From positions 25,221 to 89,220 of IMG/VR virus record IMGVR_UViG_3300015371_000008: a stretch of 64,000 bases of DNA, one strand, 5' to 3'. The notes beneath the pieces are model-generated. The model worked only from the letters and a program-made list of their open reading frames with translations, made no database searches and was not told where the DNA came from. The first letter of the stretch is position 1. The number at the start of each line of letters is the position of its first letter. This DNA comes from a virus. Both the position numbers and the translations under genes were made by a program. Shown one piece after another: positions 44,848 through 52,568 of this stretch.

Positions 44848-45906
44848 TCAACGTGATCGCCCTCCTGTCCGGGCGGTCGTACGCCGCCGCGTCGCCGGTT
44901 TCTTCGCTGCGGGCTTGCGCGCCGGACGCTTGCCTCCGGCCTTCCGCTTCCCGCTGGACTTCTTCCTGCCATCCGATGCCTGTGCGATCAGCCAGGCCAG
45001 GCTCAGCCCGCACAGGAAGCCGACGGCCGGGTTCACCAGGACGGCGATACCGCAGCCGATGGCGACTACGAACAGCGGGACGAGCACCCTGCGCTCGGTG
45101 GGGCCGTTGGTCACAATCCACTTGAGACCGACATCGGCCTGGGTGAGCGGCCACGCCCACGGAACACCGCCCTTGGTGATCGCGTCGCCCCAGCAGTGGA
45201 TGACCGCGCCAACCGTCAACGCCCACGGCACCAACGCCAAGTCCATGGCAGGCAGGTGGAACCGGTACGGGTCCGGCGCCACCGCCAGATAGGCAGCTAC
45301 GGCTGCGGCGGCTTCATCCCACTTGCCGGGGATGCGCATGGCGCGGGCCAGCGCCGACAGGGCCAGCAGGAGCAGGACGCCGAGCACGACGGTGCCAACG
45401 ATCCGGCCGAAAGCCAGCGACGCGACCACGGCGGCCAACCCCAGAAGCACCATGAACGAGACGGCGGCCAGACCGCCCCACTCCGACTTGTAGCAGCGCT
45501 GATCGGTGGGGCCGACCAGGAACAGGACGGGCAACGTGGTCACCAGCAGGACGCCGCCGCACAGCAGGCCCTGCATGGCCGTGTCGGGGTTGCCGGTGTG
45601 CAGCGCGGTCGCGCCGAACGCGACCATGGCGAGCAGGGCGCAGCCGAGCGCGGAGTGAGTGCCGTTGCGGTGGCCGCCGGAGACGCCGTTGACCACCTTG
45701 GACAGGATCCAGGTGGCCGGGCCGAAGACCTGGGACACGGTGGCGTCGGGGTGGTCGATGTCGGGCAGGACCGCAGCGCCGCCGCAGATAGCCGCCAGGA
45801 ACAGGGCCATCGACGTAGGCACGCTGTAGACGGCCGTGAGCAAGGCGGCGGCAATCAGGGCCAGGCAGAGGGCTACGCCGGAAAGCGCGTGCGCTCTCCC
45901 CATCAT
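44848..45906 (-). CDS. Metal-dependent membrane hydrolase (YdjM/DUF457-like)
   Basis: MMGRAHALSG, LPDIDHP, GHRNGTHS, HCWGDAIT.GGVP; multiple TM helices. Confidence 0.85.
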   Translation of the reverse strand: MMGRAHALSGVALCLALIAAALLTAVYSVPTSMALFLAAICGGAAVLPDIDHPDATVSQVFGPATWILSKVVNGVSGGHRNGTHSALGCALLAMVAFGATALHTGNPDTAMQGLLCGGVLLVTTLPVLFLVGPTDQRCYKSEWGGLAAVSFMVLLGLAAVVASLAFGRIVGTVVLGVLLLLALSALARAMRIPGKWDEAAAAVAAYLAVAPDPYRFHLPAMDLALVPWALTVGAVIHCWGDAITKGGVPWAWPLTQADVGLKWIVTNGPTERRVLVPLFVVAIGCGIAVLVNPAVGFLCGLSLAWLIAQASDGRKKSSGKRKAGGKRPARKPAAKKPATRRRTTARTGGRSR

Positions 45907-45956
45907 CGCGGGCTCGCAAAGGTTGTGGTGTGCATGCCGGTACTCCTGTGGGTGGG

Positions 45957-46015
45957 GCCGGGGTCGCTCTCCCGGCAATCCCACCGAGCGTACATCCATT
46001 TAGCATCGTGCGCTA
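45957..46015 (-). promoter_or_regulatory. CTAAATG-box promoter plus leader hairpin
   Basis: TGCTAAATGGATG-TACGCT; GCCGGG-AGAGCGAC-CCCGGC. Confidence 0.7.
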
Positions 46016-46101
46016 GCGTTGGATCGGACGCGCGCCCGCACCCGCGCCAGGGCGCGCGTCCGCGTATACGCCTCCCCTGCCGGGTTGTCCAGAGGACACG
46101 C

Positions 46102-46132
46102 GAAAGCCCCCGCCGATTCTTCGGCGGGGGCT
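46102..46132 (-). terminator. Intrinsic terminator after the parA operon
   Basis: AGCCCCCGCCGA-N4-TCGGCGGGGGCT followed by TTC on the minus strand. Confidence 0.55.
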
Positions 46133-46143
46133 CCCCGGTCCGG

Positions 46144-46638
46144 TTACGCCTCCGGTAGCGGTGGCGCCTCCAGACGGCCGCGTAGCGCAGCCGCCTGAAC
46201 GGACCACTCGCTCACCCCAGCGGCGCGCGCCTCCACGACCGTCGCCTCGAACGCGGCCAGCGCGTCCGCCGCCGCCTCCCGGGTCTTGCGCGCCTTCCCG
46301 GCCGCCGACTGTAGCCACAGCTCCCAGCGCGCTTCCTGCTCCCGCGTCAGCACGGGGAGATCCGGCTCGTCGTCCGGCGCGATCGGGTCGGGTTCGACGG
46401 GTGGCGGGGCAGGCTTGACCACAGGGCCGCCTGGGCGGCGCTGTGGGGCCCGCTGACGGCTCTTCGCTGGCTCCTGCAGCCCTTCCGACACCCGGCCGTC
46501 CGCTGAGGCGTCAGCGGCGGTCTCAGCCGCGTCGGTCTCCGGCGCGGGCGCGGCCTCCTCCCCGGTCTGGACGGCGCCGTGCGCGATGAGCGCCTCCTTG
46601 GCGGCATCCGTCGGCGGCAGCTCCCGGCGGGCGGCCAC
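46144..46638 (-). CDS. Probable ParA partner (centromere-binding adaptor candidate)
   Basis: Coupled to parA; disordered N-terminus, helical C-terminus. Confidence 0.5.
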   Translation of the reverse strand: MAARRELPPTDAAKEALIAHGAVQTGEEAAPAPETDAAETAADASADGRVSEGLQEPAKSRQRAPQRRPGGPVVKPAPPPVEPDPIAPDDEPDLPVLTREQEARWELWLQSAAGKARKTREAAADALAAFEATVVEARAAGVSEWSVQAAALRGRLEAPPLPEA

Positions 46639-47480
46639 TACGCCACCGCCTTCACGTAGCGGTCGCCCAGCGCCTCGGCAACACTGACGATGTCGCCGCC
46701 CGCTTTCTGCGGCGGCTCGGCGAACTCGGACGCCGACTCCTGGATGCGGATCGTCTGCGGCACGTTCGGCTGCCAGGCGAGCGGCCCCCAGACGTTCACG
46801 ACCTCCTCCGCCCGCGTCTTGTGCGTCTTGGCGTTGTGGTGCCGGAAGTTCGTCACCACGCCCATGACCTCGGAGGCGGCGCCGATAGCCTTCCCCTCAT
46901 TCGGGTTGTTCATGAAATTGATGATCTTGCGTACGCCGTTGATGCTGTCCGTCTCCGGCCACGTCACGAACAGGACGCGCCCACGACGCCCACCGGCGCA
47001 CAACGCGTTCTGGCCAAGCCCGGCCAGGCCCGGCGGCGTGTCAATCAGGATGTCGGTGTAGTCGCCCGCGACGACGGTCAGCGCCCGCCTCAGTCGCAAC
47101 CAGCTCCCGGCGCCGCCCTCGGCGAAGCGGCCCAGCTCGATCCGGCTGGGCAGGACGTCGATGTTGTCGGCGAAGTCCTCCTCCCACTGACACGGCAGAA
47201 TCGCCTGCTTGATCAGGTCGGGGTTGGTGTCGATATCGCGGAACACCTCCGCGACCGAAAGCCTGGCCGCCATGTCGGCGGCGGCGATGCCGAGGCGGCG
47301 GGTCAGGTTGGCCTGCGGGTCCAGGTCCACGGCGAGCAGCCTGCGCGGCTTGCCGTTGCGCTGGCGTTTCGCCAGGGCGGCGAGCAGGAGTTGGAGGAGG
47401 AAGGTTTTCCCCACTCCGCCCTTGAAGTTCATGATGGCGGTGATGTCGGCTTCGTCTGGCACTGCGGCTTGGGCAGCCAT
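46638..47480 (-). CDS. parA: ParA-family partition ATPase
   Basis: NFKGGVGKT, VDLDPQANLT, ILIDTPPG. Confidence 0.92.
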   Translation of the reverse strand: MAAQAAVPDEADITAIMNFKGGVGKTFLLQLLLAALAKRQRNGKPRRLLAVDLDPQANLTRRLGIAAADMAARLSVAEVFRDIDTNPDLIKQAILPCQWEEDFADNIDVLPSRIELGRFAEGGAGSWLRLRRALTVVAGDYTDILIDTPPGLAGLGQNALCAGGRRGRVLFVTWPETDSINGVRKIINFMNNPNEGKAIGAASEVMGVVTNFRHHNAKTHKTRAEEVVNVWGPLAWQPNVPQTIRIQESASEFAEPPQKAGGDIVSVAEALGDRYVKAVA

Positions 47481-47622
47481 CGGCGGTCTCTCTCGGTCGT
47501 AACGGATGTGCGCCCGCCTGCGGGGTGGGCGCCGTCACGGTATCGCGGCAGACACTAAATGGGGGAGCGTGGACACGCGAACGGCCCCCGGCGGGATGCC
47601 GGGGGCCGGGCTACTGGTCGGC

Positions 47623-47793
47623 CTACGCCTGGAGGCGTGGATGGTACGGCGACAGGACGATTTCGCACGTGCCCGGGTCGGGGCAGTCGCGCAGGTGGCC
47701 GTGGACGCAGTGCACATGTCCTTGCGCAAAGTCGTCGCAGTCCGAACGGCGCTCCCAGGCCAGCGCGGGGGCCTGCTGTGACGTCGTGTTCAT
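47623..47793 (-). CDS. His/Cys-rich microprotein
   Basis: 56-aa ORF HVHCVHGHLRDC; moderate RBS. Confidence 0.4.
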   Translation of the reverse strand: MNTTSQQAPALAWERRSDCDDFAQGHVHCVHGHLRDCPDPGTCEIVLSPYHPRLQA

Positions 47794-47881
47794 GCTGTCC
47801 ACCTTCCGTGGGATGAATTCTGGCCAGGGGCCAAGGGGAGCGGCCCCCGGCGGTGCGCCGGGGGCCGCTGGGCGGGGGCGG

Positions 47882-48838
47882 TCAGGCGTCGATCAGGGTC
47901 GCCTTGCGCGGGCGCTTCGCCACGCCGAACGACGGGTCCTGGTCCTTGCCCAGTTCGACGTTGGCGACGAACCGGACCCGGCGACCCTTCAGCGTCTCCA
48001 TGTTGTCTTCGGCGAACAGCGCCTCGGGGACGGTCGCCCACACCTTCCAGCCGTCGGCACCCTTGACCAGCATCTTGTACTCGACGCTGTTGTAGGCGTA
48101 ACCGTCCTGCGACTTGGTGTGAACGATCTCGCCCTCGACGATCTGGCCCTTACCGAGCGGGACCGGCTTGGCGGCGGCGGCCTCAGCCGCCTTCTCCGCC
48201 TCGCGCTGGGCGTTGCGGGCGGCCCACTCCAGCTCCCGGGTGTGGCACTTGACGACGGCGGCCAGCTGGCGCTCGGTCAGCGGGCAGACGTACTTGCCCT
48301 TGCCATCCCGGAACCGAACCACGTAGCCGCGCATGTCCCACAGGAAGCTCGACAGGCTCTCGCCGTCGGCGGCGGTCAGCCACTCGATCGCGGCGGCCTC
48401 GGCGCCTTCCAGACCGGCGAACCAGCCGTCGATCATGGCCTGCTTGTTCGCGGCCTTGACGGCGGCTTTGGTGGCGGCGGCCTTCTTGGCGGCCTCGGAC
48501 CGCTTGGCGGAGGTGGCGCGGTACTTCTTGACCGCCTTCTCCACCTCCAGGTGGGTGTGGGTGCCGACGAAGGACCTGCCGTGGTTGGCGCCACCGCAGC
48601 CGCAGGAGCAGTTGGGGCCGATGGCGCCCATGCAGGAGGCGTCGCAGATGTCGGCGGTGGTGACGGCGACCAGGCGCTCCAGGGTGACCGGCTTGGCGCA
48701 CTCGGGGCAGTTCTCGTTGACGGTGCGGCCGGTCGCTTCGGTCTCGACGGCGACGGGGCGGTTGCAGGGCTGGCAGACGCCCAGGAAGCGGTTGGTGCGG
48801 GTCCGGTTGATGACGGTGGGGGTGTGGGTGCCGGGCAT
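47882..48838 (-). CDS. Cys-rich N-terminus plus C-terminal OB-fold-like protein
   Basis: CxxC..CxxC..CDASC..CSCGCGGANHG; VEGEIVHTK..KVWATVP..GRRVRFVA..KRPRK. Confidence 0.6.
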   Translation of the reverse strand: MPGTHTPTVINRTRTNRFLGVCQPCNRPVAVETEATGRTVNENCPECAKPVTLERLVAVTTADICDASCMGAIGPNCSCGCGGANHGRSFVGTHTHLEVEKAVKKYRATSAKRSEAAKKAAATKAAVKAANKQAMIDGWFAGLEGAEAAAIEWLTAADGESLSSFLWDMRGYVVRFRDGKGKYVCPLTERQLAAVVKCHTRELEWAARNAQREAEKAAEAAAAKPVPLGKGQIVEGEIVHTKSQDGYAYNSVEYKMLVKGADGWKVWATVPEALFAEDNMETLKGRRVRFVANVELGKDQDPSFGVAKRPRKATLIDA

Positions 48839-48850
48839 TTCGTTCTCCTT

Positions 48851-48906
48851 GGTGTCGGTCGCTCTCCAACACCTCAGAATCTACAGTCATTTAGCGCGTG
48901 GCGCAA
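48851..48906 (-). promoter_or_regulatory. CTAAATG-box promoter plus leader hairpin
   Basis: TTGCGC-17-TAGATT; GGTGTTGG-AGAGCGA-CCGACACC. Confidence 0.8.
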
Positions 48907-48947
48907 GGGGTTCCGGAAACTCCCCCGCGTGGTTGTCACTCTGATGT

Positions 48948-48992
48948 ACCCCCGTCCGGTCGCGAACCGGGCGCCCTCTACAGGTCGGGGGC
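48948..48992 (-). ncRNA. tRNA-like three-way-junction element 8
   Basis: GCCCCCG/CGGGGGT; CCT-GTAG-AGG; loop TTCGCGA. Confidence 0.6.
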
Positions 48993-49036
48993 CGAATCCT
49001 CAGGTGATGTTGCCCTAACGATCGTGGCGTGGGACG

Positions 49037-49174
49037 TCAGTCAGAAGACTGGATATCCGTGTACAGCACGTTGTCACTGTTGAAGGGGAGATCGTCATAG
49101 AACTTGTCCTCACCCGGCTTGACGTCCCGAATGATCTCTTCGCCCGTGGAAGTGACGACCTTAACCTTGGCCAT
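49037..49174 (-). CDS. Microprotein (45 aa)
   Basis: AAGGAGG RBS. Confidence 0.55.
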   Translation of the reverse strand: MAKVKVVTSTGEEIIRDVKPGEDKFYDDLPFNSDNVLYTDIQSSD

Positions 49175-49184
49175 AGCTGCCTCC

Positions 49185-49400
49185 TTAGAAGAACGAGACG
49201 TTGATGTTGCCCTCAACGACGTCGGCGACCACGCCGACGGTCGCGTTGCCGGACTGGACGTTGACGACCCTCGCGCCGTCCTTCGACTCCGGCGCCTCCT
49301 TGTCCCCCTTCGCCTCCTTGGCGGGCTTGGTGCTCTTGCCGGTGACTCTGCCTGCCTGCACGGCGGTGTATCCGCCGCTGGCGATGTTGGTTCGACCCAT
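49185..49400 (-). CDS. Small hypothetical protein
   Basis: AAGGAG RBS before MGRTNIASGG. Confidence 0.55.
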   Translation of the reverse strand: MGRTNIASGGYTAVQAGRVTGKSTKPAKEAKGDKEAPESKDGARVVNVQSGNATVGVVADVVEGNINVSFF

Positions 49401-49429
49401 AGTGCTCTCCTTCGGTTGGGGTGTTGCGT

Positions 49430-49472
49430 GCCCCGCTCCGGTCGCGAACCGGGAGCCGACTACGGTCGGGGC
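49430..49472 (-). ncRNA. tRNA-like three-way-junction element 9
   Basis: Near-identical to elements 3 and 6. Confidence 0.65.
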
Positions 49473-49480
49473 TGGGCCGG

Positions 49481-50107
49481 TCAGCTCATCCACTCGGCGT
49501 AGCGCCGCTCTTCGGCCTTCTCCACCCGCTGCTGCCGCTTGAGTAGCCAGTAGCCCCAGCATTCGTGCCAGTCGCAGCGGCGGCCGTAGGAGCGGTTCAT
49601 CTTCGCCATGGTCTCCAGGTCGTCGGTGGAGATATCGCCCCAGATGTCGGACCAGCCGACGTCCCAGCGGGTGCCGGGCGCCCACTTGCGGGTCTGGGCG
49701 TAGGCGTCGGCGTGGTGGATGGTGACGCGCGGGTCGGCCGCGTAGTGCGGGCCAACCAGCTTGATGACCCGCTCGTCCATCTCGACGACGTCCACGTGTT
49801 CGACGTGGTCGAAGGACAGGGCGGCGGCCAGCACCATACCCAGGCCCAGGCCGTTGATCAGGACGCGCTTCGCATCTCCGGCGATCTTAAAGACGGCCTG
49901 GAGGTGATCGCGCTTTTCAGCGTCCACGTCCGACATCCACAGGCGGTTGCCGTCCATGAGCCGGGTGTAGGTGCCGGGCTTGGTTCCCCGGCCGTGCCGC
50001 AGCGCGTTACGCAGGTTGTTGATGTCGTGCGCGCCGATCTCGAAGCGCTCGACGCGCAGGCCGTCCAGCTCGCCCTCGGGGACGGTCACGGTCATCCGCT
50101 CATACAT
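49481..50107 (-). CDS. Class I SAM-dependent methyltransferase (spermidine-synthase-like)
   Basis: VLINGLGLGM, DVVEMD, HADA, WDVGWSDIW. Confidence 0.8.
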   Translation of the reverse strand: MYERMTVTVPEGELDGLRVERFEIGAHDINNLRNALRHGRGTKPGTYTRLMDGNRLWMSDVDAEKRDHLQAVFKIAGDAKRVLINGLGLGMVLAAALSFDHVEHVDVVEMDERVIKLVGPHYAADPRVTIHHADAYAQTRKWAPGTRWDVGWSDIWGDISTDDLETMAKMNRSYGRRCDWHECWGYWLLKRQQRVEKAEERRYAEWMS

Positions 50108-50143
50108 GGTGATCTCTCCTGGTGTTGTCGTCGCTCTCGACGT

Positions 50144-50190
50144 GCCCCCCGCCGGTCTTGAACCGGCGCCGCCTTTCGCGGGCGGGGGGC
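50144..50190 (-). ncRNA. tRNA-like three-way-junction element 10
   Basis: GCCCCCC/GGGGGGC; GCCGG-TTCAAGA-CCGGC. Confidence 0.65.
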
Positions 50191-50197
50191 GGGTGGA

Positions 50198-50395
50198 TCA
50201 GGAAACGATGACGGGGTACAGCCGGTCATCGGGGCTTTCGGAGTCGTACAGGACAGTGACGGCCTTGGCGTCGGCGTAGCCGTTGTGGAGCAGGTGGGCC
50301 AGGTGGGTCTGGGCGCCGTCGGGGGTGGTGCAGATGTCCTGCACCTTGTTGCCGTTGTAGGTGTACTCGACGGCGGGGGTGTGCGTGAACGCCAT
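50198..50395 (-). CDS. Small hypothetical protein
   Basis: First gene after a promoter cassette. Confidence 0.55.
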   Translation of the reverse strand: MAFTHTPAVEYTYNGNKVQDICTTPDGAQTHLAHLLHNGYADAKAVTVLYDSESPDDRLYPVIVS

Positions 50396-50411
50396 GTGGA
50401 TCTCCCGTGGT

Positions 50412-50463
50412 GTCGCTCTTTTGTTGTACGCCAAACGTACAGTCATTTAGCGCGGAGGGTCAA
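50412..50463 (-). promoter_or_regulatory. CTAAATG-box promoter plus leader
   Basis: TTGACC-18-TACGTT; AAGAGCGAC. Confidence 0.8.
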
Positions 50464-50482
50464 GGGGTTTCCGGCGACGAAC

Positions 50483-51160
50483 TCAGAACCGGAACAGCAT
50501 CCCCTTCAGCAGCGCGACGTGAGCGGCGAAAACGCGTCCGCCGAAGCGGCTCCGTACGTCCCTCTCCAGCGCCGCGTAACTGTCGCAGCGCACCCACTCC
50601 GCGCGGCGGGCGTCGTCGCCGCCCTGCACCGGCACCATCTCGTCCAGCCAGAAGCAGACGGGCTTGGTCACCATCCACGCCTCATCGCTGGCGCGGGGAT
50701 CCGGCACGTACCGGGCCGGATGCGGGACACGCGCCCGTGCGATCCTGTCCAGGTCCACCCCGGCCTCTTCCTTCGCCTCGCGTACGGCCGCCTCCTCGCC
50801 GGTCTCGCCCGGCTCCAGCGTGCCGCCGGGGATCGCCCAGCCGTGGCCGTCGTCCCGCTCGACCAGCACCATGTGCCGGACCCGCTTGGGGAACAGACCC
50901 CACCGCTTGATCACCTTGTAGGTGAAGATGAGAGCGTCGGCCGCATTCTTCGGACCCCAGTGGCCCAGCTCGTTACGGCCCCGGGCGAAGCGGGTCTTCT
51001 CGCCAGGGTTGACCGGCCGTCCGTCGATGACGTCGAACGGGATCCACGCCTCCGCCTGCCGCTCCTGCCAGTCGATCGTGGTCGGGTCCATGATCGGGTC
51101 GGCCCAGTCGGCACCGGACGCGATCCCGGCCAGGACGCTCGGATGTGTGAACTCCAGCAT
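50483..51160 (-). CDS. Nudix hydrolase, NUDT9-like ADP-ribose pyrophosphatase
   Basis: GRPVNP..GRNELGHWGP, Nudix box GGTLEPGETGEEAAVREAKEEAG, YVPDPRASDEAWM, GGDDA. Confidence 0.88.
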   Translation of the reverse strand: MLEFTHPSVLAGIASGADWADPIMDPTTIDWQERQAEAWIPFDVIDGRPVNPGEKTRFARGRNELGHWGPKNAADALIFTYKVIKRWGLFPKRVRHMVLVERDDGHGWAIPGGTLEPGETGEEAAVREAKEEAGVDLDRIARARVPHPARYVPDPRASDEAWMVTKPVCFWLDEMVPVQGGDDARRAEWVRCDSYAALERDVRSRFGGRVFAAHVALLKGMLFRF

Positions 51161-51194
51161 GATCTCCTCCTTTGGTTGCGGTCGCTCATCGCGT

Positions 51195-51238
51195 GCCCCA
51201 CCCCGGCCACGAACCGGGCGCCCTCCACGGGTTGGGGC
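51195..51238 (-). ncRNA. tRNA-like three-way-junction element 11
   Basis: GCCCCA/TGGGGC (compensatory A-U); CCCGG-TTCGTGG-CCGGG. Confidence 0.65.
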
Positions 51239-51244
51239 TGTGAT

Positions 51245-51625
51245 CTATCGGGGGGAGGTTTTGGCAGACTCGCGGGCCTGCACGTAACCGGCCAGCTCCG
51301 ACTGAATCCCCAGCACGTCGGCCACCCACGGATGCGTGATCGTCCGATGCTGCTCCACCTGATCGGCCAGCGCGTCCACGAGCACCAGAGCCAGCACCGC
51401 CTCATCGTGCGGCGACAACTCCAGCTTGACCGTGTAGCCGCCGCGCGGGTAGGGATCGTTAGGTAGCCCTGCCAGCCGGTAGGCGCTGAGTGCGTCCCTC
51501 AGCCGGTGCAGCGCGGGCATGACATCCGGATGCCGCTCCACCGTCCGCGTCAGCGGTACGGCCGTCAGGGCGTGCAGGAGACCTGCCTGGCGGCCGGTCA
51601 GCTCCAACTTCAGGCCGTAGCTCAT
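51245..51625 (-). CDS. Hypothetical protein with internal duplication
   Basis: YGLKLELT / YTVKLELS halves. Confidence 0.55.
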   Translation of the reverse strand: MSYGLKLELTGRQAGLLHALTAVPLTRTVERHPDVMPALHRLRDALSAYRLAGLPNDPYPRGGYTVKLELSPHDEAVLALVLVDALADQVEQHRTITHPWVADVLGIQSELAGYVQARESAKTSPR

Positions 51626-52260
51626 GACTCCTCCACTTCCAGGCCGGTCCGGGGGAGTCCGGCGGACGTGCGCGCCGCGAGCCATTCGCTGATCACGTCG
51701 TGCACATCGCGGCCGGACAGGTCGATGACGTCCATGGGCTCCCTGATGTCGTCGCCGACGTACAAGACGTTCGGGGATCCCTCGACGATCCGGAACCAGG
51801 CGCCGCCCCTCAGCGGCGGCTCGCCCGTCTTCGACATCCGGATGTAGCCACCCAACCCCTGAGCGACTGCCTGGAACGCGCTGTAGGCGTCGTCAGCGTC
51901 GGCGTAGAAGTCGACGCGGCCCATGTTCCGGATGCCGCCCTCAACCGGCTTCTCGGCGTCGTACAGGGCGGTTCCGCGCGTGAAGTCGTGGTCGATCTCC
52001 CACAGCGTGTACGGCCTGCCCACGTACGGGGTGACGTCCAGACGCCACAGGATCGCCTCCTCATGCCGATACAGCGTCATGTTGCGGCGGTCGCCGTCCA
52101 GGAACCACTGGCCCATGTTGACCTTGTCGACGTGACGGGTGTTCCAGCGGATGAACCGGCGCGACGGCACGCCGCCGTGGCAGTTACGGTCGTGGCGGCC
52201 CATGCGGTGGGCCCCGTCCAGCAGCCAGGTCAGCCAGGCGCCGGTGCCGAAAAGTTCCAT
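51622..52260 (-). CDS. Hypothetical protein
   Basis: Coupled ORF from MELFGTG. Confidence 0.6.
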   Translation of the reverse strand: MELFGTGAWLTWLLDGAHRMGRHDRNCHGGVPSRRFIRWNTRHVDKVNMGQWFLDGDRRNMTLYRHEEAILWRLDVTPYVGRPYTLWEIDHDFTRGTALYDAEKPVEGGIRNMGRVDFYADADDAYSAFQAVAQGLGGYIRMSKTGEPPLRGGAWFRIVEGSPNVLYVGDDIREPMDVIDLSGRDVHDVISEWLAARTSAGLPRTGLEVEES

Positions 52261-52261
52261 C

Positions 52262-52462
52262 TCAGACCTCGAATCCGTCGCGGAACCGGCCGACCAGCTC
52301 CGCATACTGGCTGCGAACCGTGACCAGTTCGTCGGGGTGCATCGCGGAGATGAGTGCCGCCGCTGTCAGGGCGTGCCGCCGATCCGACTGGATCAGGTCG
52401 GAGTTGTGGTGGACGAGATCGACCGGGGCGTCATCTCGCAGAATCCTGAAGGTGTCTTCCAT
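52262..52462 (-). CDS. Small hypothetical protein
   Basis: AGGAGG RBS after a three-way-junction element. Confidence 0.6.
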   Translation of the reverse strand: MEDTFRILRDDAPVDLVHHNSDLIQSDRRHALTAAALISAMHPDELVTVRSQYAELVGRFRDGFEV

Positions 52463-52492
52463 GATGTCCTCCTAATGCTGTCGCTCTTGCGT

Positions 52493-52540
52493 GGCTTCCC
52501 GGGTCGTGAGCCCGCGCCGGGCCGGTACCCGGGGGAAGCC
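52493..52540 (-). ncRNA. tRNA-like three-way-junction element 12
   Basis: GGCTTCC/GGAAGCC (covaried closing stem); CCGGG..CCCGG arm; CGGG-CTCACGA-CCCG; then ACGCAAGAGCGAC. Confidence 0.6.
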
Positions 52541-52568
52541 TGGGGGCCGGAACCGGCCCCCAGGTGGA

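Noticed and set aside
49481-50107. Methyltransferase as part of the deazaguanine pathway or as a DNA methylase
   Set aside because: It lies about 23 kb from the cluster, has spermidine-synthase-like motifs, and has no DPPY/NPPY/PC catalytic motif.
30899-52540. Repeats as a CRISPR array or classical integron attC sites
   Set aside because: The intervening sequences are whole genes of variable length; there are no cas genes or integron integrase in the window and no RYYYAAC/GTTRRRY ends.
30899-52540. Three-way-junction elements as ordinary intrinsic terminators
   Set aside because: They are branched, have a conserved loop and no U-tract, and are followed by promoterless genes. Not fully excluded, because actinomycete terminators can lack U-tracts.
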